Part shown: positions 59,390-64,000 of the stretch, in pieces
Layout of the letters: each line of letters begins with the position of its first letter
Numbering within the stretch: the stretch's first letter is position 1
From: a virus
Length of the DNA stretch: 64,000 bases
IMG/VR virus record: IMGVR_UViG_3300045988_020586
Strand: one strand, 5' to 3'
Position numbers and translations under genes: made by a program
Notes under the pieces: model-generated
Databases searched by the model: none
What the model was told of the DNA's origin: nothing
The model's input: the letters and a program-made list of their open reading frames with translations, nothing else

Positions 59390-59990
59390 CGCTGTTTTAG
59401 GGCTTCTAACGGCCTTTTGCTTAGCATCTGGTATATTCTACCACAACAAAGCTAATAGGCTCTCAGAGGAGCTTAAAATGGCTAATAACAACATCGAAGC
59501 CTATTAGGATGCCTTATATGGTGCCTAGTAGGCTTCTGGTGTTTTAAGACTAGATGTAAAAAAGTTGTCAGAATATAATGATAAACTTGTATAGTAGATA
59601 GACTCTATTAGAAAGATACAGAAGGTCAAAAAGAACGAAATACAGGTAGCAGCAACTCAAAAGTAGATATTAAACGTTAATAAAAGTAAGGGGGTAGGGG
59701 GTGATATTATAGCAATTATTAAATACTCTACTTATAAAGATAGTTTATAGTATAACCCTTTAACTAAAGTATACTATACAATCGGTAAAGATAGTGTTAA
59801 TATTAAGCTTGATGTATAGAATACGTAGTACCTCTACGTCTATAAACATAGAGAATATAAGAATAAGAAGAACTTCTTTAAGAGACTTATAACATTCGAT
59901 TGGAAGAAGAAGGATGTATACAAATATAAGATACACAATACAAATGATTTACTTAAAGAAGATAGTATTAAAATAATAGAAGCAATATGA
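59340..59990 (+). CDS. Spanin/Rz-like protein: N-terminal TM plus coiled coil (216 aa; 9 in-frame TAG)
   Basis: MKQLIQTIKKNYKLLLNAVLGLLTAFCLASGIFY...; overlaps the holin-like gene in another frame; TGA stop. Confidence 0.45.
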
Positions 59991-60673
59991 ATTACTTTTC
60001 ACTTAGAACATTAATAGATGATATTCTCCTTATTGTCCGCAATAACAATATAAGTGAAAGTGAGGATCTTTCAAGGGATTAGGTAGCGTCTTGGATAATA
60101 CAATATAAGACTTATTTACAAAAGAAGAAAGAGGAGCAAGATAAAGAAAACGACGAAAGTGAACCAGATGATTCATTATAGTCAACTGTTGGTCCGATTG
60201 AACTTATTGTAGATAAAACAGAAAAGAACGTAGATTGTGAAGATTGCTGCTGTGATACTATTAAGCGTACAAAAGATAAAATATACACAGTAAACAAAAG
60301 TGCTGATGATATAGTTAGTGTATGTGATAAGAATGGTTGTGTTATACAATATATGCATAAGCTTAGAAAGCATTATCATAACTTTAGAAGATACACTTAC
60401 GCAGAGCCTGTATGCTGGTTTGATGATGGATATATTTACGTAGAAGGGGATGTTGATTCAATAAACTCTGTATACATTACAGGATATATAGATGAATCTA
60501 AAACCGCTGATACCGAAGATGATATAACAATACCAGGCTGGATGATCCCTGACATAAAGAAAGCTATACTTACAAATGAGCTTGCATTTATGATTAAGAG
60601 ACCTAGTGATGATAGTAACAATTCAACATTAGCTAGTGTAAAACCAAATGGTCCTCAAGATAAGGAAGAATAA
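59987..60673 (+). CDS. hypothetical protein (228 aa; 2 in-frame TAG)
   Basis: ATGA overlap start; track ORF 60353..60673 lies in the same frame. Confidence 0.6.
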
Positions 60674-61115
60674 AAAGAGTTATACGATCTTAGACATATA
60701 TAGAGCGTATAATAAAATCAATGAGAACGTCCCATATTTGCGATATAAGCGCATATTGGACGAGTTTAATAAAGTTGTAAAGGATGAGATTTTAGAGCGC
60801 TCACAGCTATTTAAAATGCCATATGGACTAGGTAGTATATGTATAGTAAAATACAAACCAAAGTCATATACACCAAAGTCGTTATCTGTAGATTATAAAA
60901 CATCTAAAGAAGAAGGTAAGAAGATATATCACCTAAACGAGCATTCTAATGGATACAAATACAGATTATACTGGACAAAGATACCTAGAACATTTCCAAA
61001 AAGATATATGTATCAGATACAGTTTGTAAGAGATAATAAAAGGCATCTAGCACAACTTATATTCAATAAACAAGATTATATAAACATAAATGATATTCAA
61101 GTATACAAAATGTGA
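60648..61115 (+). CDS. hypothetical basic protein (155 aa; no TAG)
   Basis: ORF track; ATG; TGA. Confidence 0.65.
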   Translation: MVLKIRKNKKSYTILDIYRAYNKINENVPYLRYKRILDEFNKVVKDEILERSQLFKMPYGLGSICIVKYKPKSYTPKSLSVDYKTSKEEGKKIYHLNEHSNGYKYRLYWTKIPRTFPKRYMYQIQFVRDNKRHLAQLIFNKQDYININDIQVYKM

Positions 61116-61953
61116 ATCTGTTATAGCCAAAATAATGGCTGATGCAGACATGTCTGAAAAGAATATTCGGGTCACAGATATACGTGAATGGATATTCGAA
61201 GCTGTTGAAAAAATAGGTGCACCAGTATAGTATGTATAGAAGGAATCTGGAGATGATTGCGTTCCTATATTTGAGATACATGAGAACCAAATATCTATAC
61301 CAGATGATCTAGAATCTCTTACGTCTGTAGCGTATTCTGTAGACGGTACAAATTGGATGTAGGCAAGGAAGGATGAAAGTTCATTTAAACTGAAAGCAAA
61401 CGCTCATAAGAATCCTAGTTATACTCCACAATAGCCACCTAGATAGCCTTTAATAACACATAGATCTTAGCTGTTAGGTATTAATGGTTCAACAGCTGTA
61501 TTAAACGTATTAAACAACAAAAATGTTAACGAGCCAACATACTGGATTAAACCTGGTTGGATAGTATTTAACAAAGATAAGGGATTTGTAAAGCTTTCGT
61601 ACAAAGCAATTGCTACTGATGAAAGAGGTTATCCTCTTATCCCAGATTTAGCTTCATATCAAGAAGCTATATATTGGTACGTAATGATGAAGCTTAACTT
61701 TCCTAAGTTCTTAAAAGGTTAGCTTGGAGGTAAAGTAAGATTTAACTAGAATACTTATTTTTACATGCAATAGCAGTGGAACTTTTATAGAAACCAAGCA
61801 TATGCAGAAGCTATGATGCCTAATGAAAGTGAAATGTCTTCAATAAAGAACGAGTGGACAAAACTTATTCCAGACTGGGATTCTGATGACACGCTGTTTA
61901 ATAACGTCGGAAAGAGATAGTTAAACTTTAATGATTACTACTATGGCTACTGA
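61090..61953 (+). CDS. hypothetical tail-module protein (287 aa; 10 in-frame TAG)
   Basis: ATG 61090; frame spot-checked at 61201-61260; TGA at 61951. Confidence 0.55.
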
Positions 61954-64000
61954 TAATAATACATTCGTAAATAGCTTTGTAACAGGAATAGATAGTGATA
62001 GCTCTTTAGATAGAGTAAAAAATACCAGTTACTTAGAGGCTAAGAATATTAGGGTGCTATCATTCGATTCTACAAACCAACACGGATCCATTAAACCTAT
62101 AAATGGAATAAAGCAGGTTGGATCAATAATTGACGAAAAGGTAGAAAGAATATTAGCTACAGGAGCAGTACGAGATAGAGGCGTAATTATATACATATCA
62201 GAGAAAAGAAATAAGCCAGAGTTCTGTATATCCTGCTTTGATAATAAAATTGGTCAAGATAGTGATACTGACAGCTCTGTAAAAGAAATATAGAATATAT
62301 CTAATATATTTAGATCAGAACTTATAGATTGGCCTACAGATAGATCAAAGTGGCCTAAGAATGTATCAATTACATTCAAATATGAAGGCGATGATAATAT
62401 TAAATTATATGTTGCTACAGGATTCAATCCTATAATGGTTTTTAATATAGCGAAATTATACAGCTATAATAATACATCATTCAACACAGTATAGTCTTAC
62501 CCAAAGATTATATTTCAGAAACCTAAGTTTGTTAAATATGTAGATGGAACACTTAAGACATCTTACGTAAGCTACTCGTACTAGATATACAGCAATCACG
62601 GAGTATCTACAGATATATCTCCAGCTTGTTAGTCTATACCTGTTATTAATGTACCATCAGATAGAACAGACGTATTAGGAATAAAGACTGATTAGTTTGA
62701 TAAGAAAACTAACTGCGGTGTTTAGATTTTAATTAAACCAGAGACAGATTATTCTTTTCTTAACAGAATAAAGATATATAGAATCTCAGTATAGATTAAT
62801 GGTTAGTTGCCAACAATTGAAGTTATATATGACTCTGCGTACGAACCAAACAGAAATGGAGATTTCTTTGTAAATGATACAGGCCAACAGGCTTTGGACA
62901 CCATAACAATAGAAGAATACAACAGTATGTCTGGTGTACACATTATTCCAAAGGTTATAGAAAGCAAGGATAATATATTGTTTGCTGCAAACATATAGGA
63001 AAGATCAACTTTCATTGATACAGACCTGTTTAAAAAATGGGACGCTAGATCGTTTAGAGCAAATGGACAAGGATAGATAGTTCTGTAGAATACATCCGGA
63101 GATCAAAAGGTAACATATAAATGGTCTGAGCTTAACGAATTGTCTATAAGTAACGGGTATATTGAAAGAGACTCTTATAATCCATATAATGATATAAATA
63201 AGCAATACTATCTTAGTGACTCGTACTGTATATATGACAAAGATAATTTCTATGGAGGAACTGGAGTAAACGTTTCCTGGAGATTTACAGTTACGTATAT
63301 TCCTATTGATACTTGTAGTACTACTGGATCAAAGGAGATTGGAACGATGTGGAACGTTCTCAAGGTTAAGAACACACAGGACAGGCCAACTCTTTATTTT
63401 GTTAACAAGAACGGCCTTTAGAAAGCCGACATTGAGATATCTACAGAAGAGGGTAGAATTAATAACTCATGGGTAACAAAGTCTCTTAAACGAAACGAAT
63501 TGTATAGATATGGTATTATACTATACGACTCTACAGGAAGCCCTAGCCCTGTAAAATGGATAGCAGATATTCGTACACCAAATTTATATGATAAGTATTT
63601 CAATACTTTCATATCGCATTATAACAATATGTACGATCTAGCATCAATTCCTCTTGGTGTAGCATTCAATGTTAAAAACTTACCAGAAGGATGTACTGGA
63701 TATGAAATCGTAAGATGTTAGAGAAGAGAGTAGGATATAGCCTCAATAGCATAGGGTGTTATTAGTAAGCCAATAGTTGGATATAGCACACCTGAATGCC
63801 ATAGACCAGATAGAACTACATACTTCCCTACAGGATTACTTACAACCGCAATGGTGGCCCAAGGATCAGTATTTAAGTATTTTACAGAGAACTACAATCC
63901 TGCTAACGATGGTAAAGTAGATGCGATACAAGCCGCTGGTAGAGTATGCGCATCAAATTTTGGTAATACATAGATATTCTAGTTTGTATCAGCAGAAACT
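61931..64000 (+). CDS. Large tail protein, 5' part (continues beyond window end; about 20 in-frame TAG so far)
   Basis: Track pieces 61931.., 62807.., 63140.. and 63500.. share one frame and are separated only by TAG. Confidence 0.7.

Overview
This window looks like part of a Crassvirales-like (crAss-like) dsDNA phage genome, judged from gene order and protein motifs read by eye; no searches were run. Two arms are transcribed divergently from about 24.5-24.8 kb. The left arm (1-24496, reverse strand) holds replication and early/middle-type genes in the standard code: a family B DNA polymerase fragment, an ECF-type sigma factor, about 45 mostly small hypothetical proteins and 3 tRNAs. Six of these genes end at TAG. 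The arm is broken by unusually large ORF-free, hairpin-rich tracts at 5572-7731, 11753-13442 and 18921-19791. The right arm (24800-64000, forward strand) starts with small genes and a tRNA/structured-RNA cluster, then dUTPase, then the virion and lysis module: tail fibres, TerL, portal, major capsid protein, tail proteins and endolysin-like, holin-like and spanin-like genes. That module only translates if TAG is read as sense. I hand-counted about 190 in-frame TAGs with no in-frame TAA or TGA, and the TAGs sit inside poly-Gln runs. Selfish elements are group I-like introns carrying HNH ORFs in dUTPase and the capsid gene, a LAGLIDADG intein in portal, and two free-standing HNH genes. The least explained signals are three families of hairpins with invariant loops and fully co-varying stems in the ORF-free tracts, orphan tRNA T-arm-like hairpins, a roughly 0.4 kb structured RNA between tRNAs, and a TAG-containing gene inside the otherwise standard-code left arm. 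I found no suppressor tRNA(CUA), CRISPR array, rRNA or integrase.
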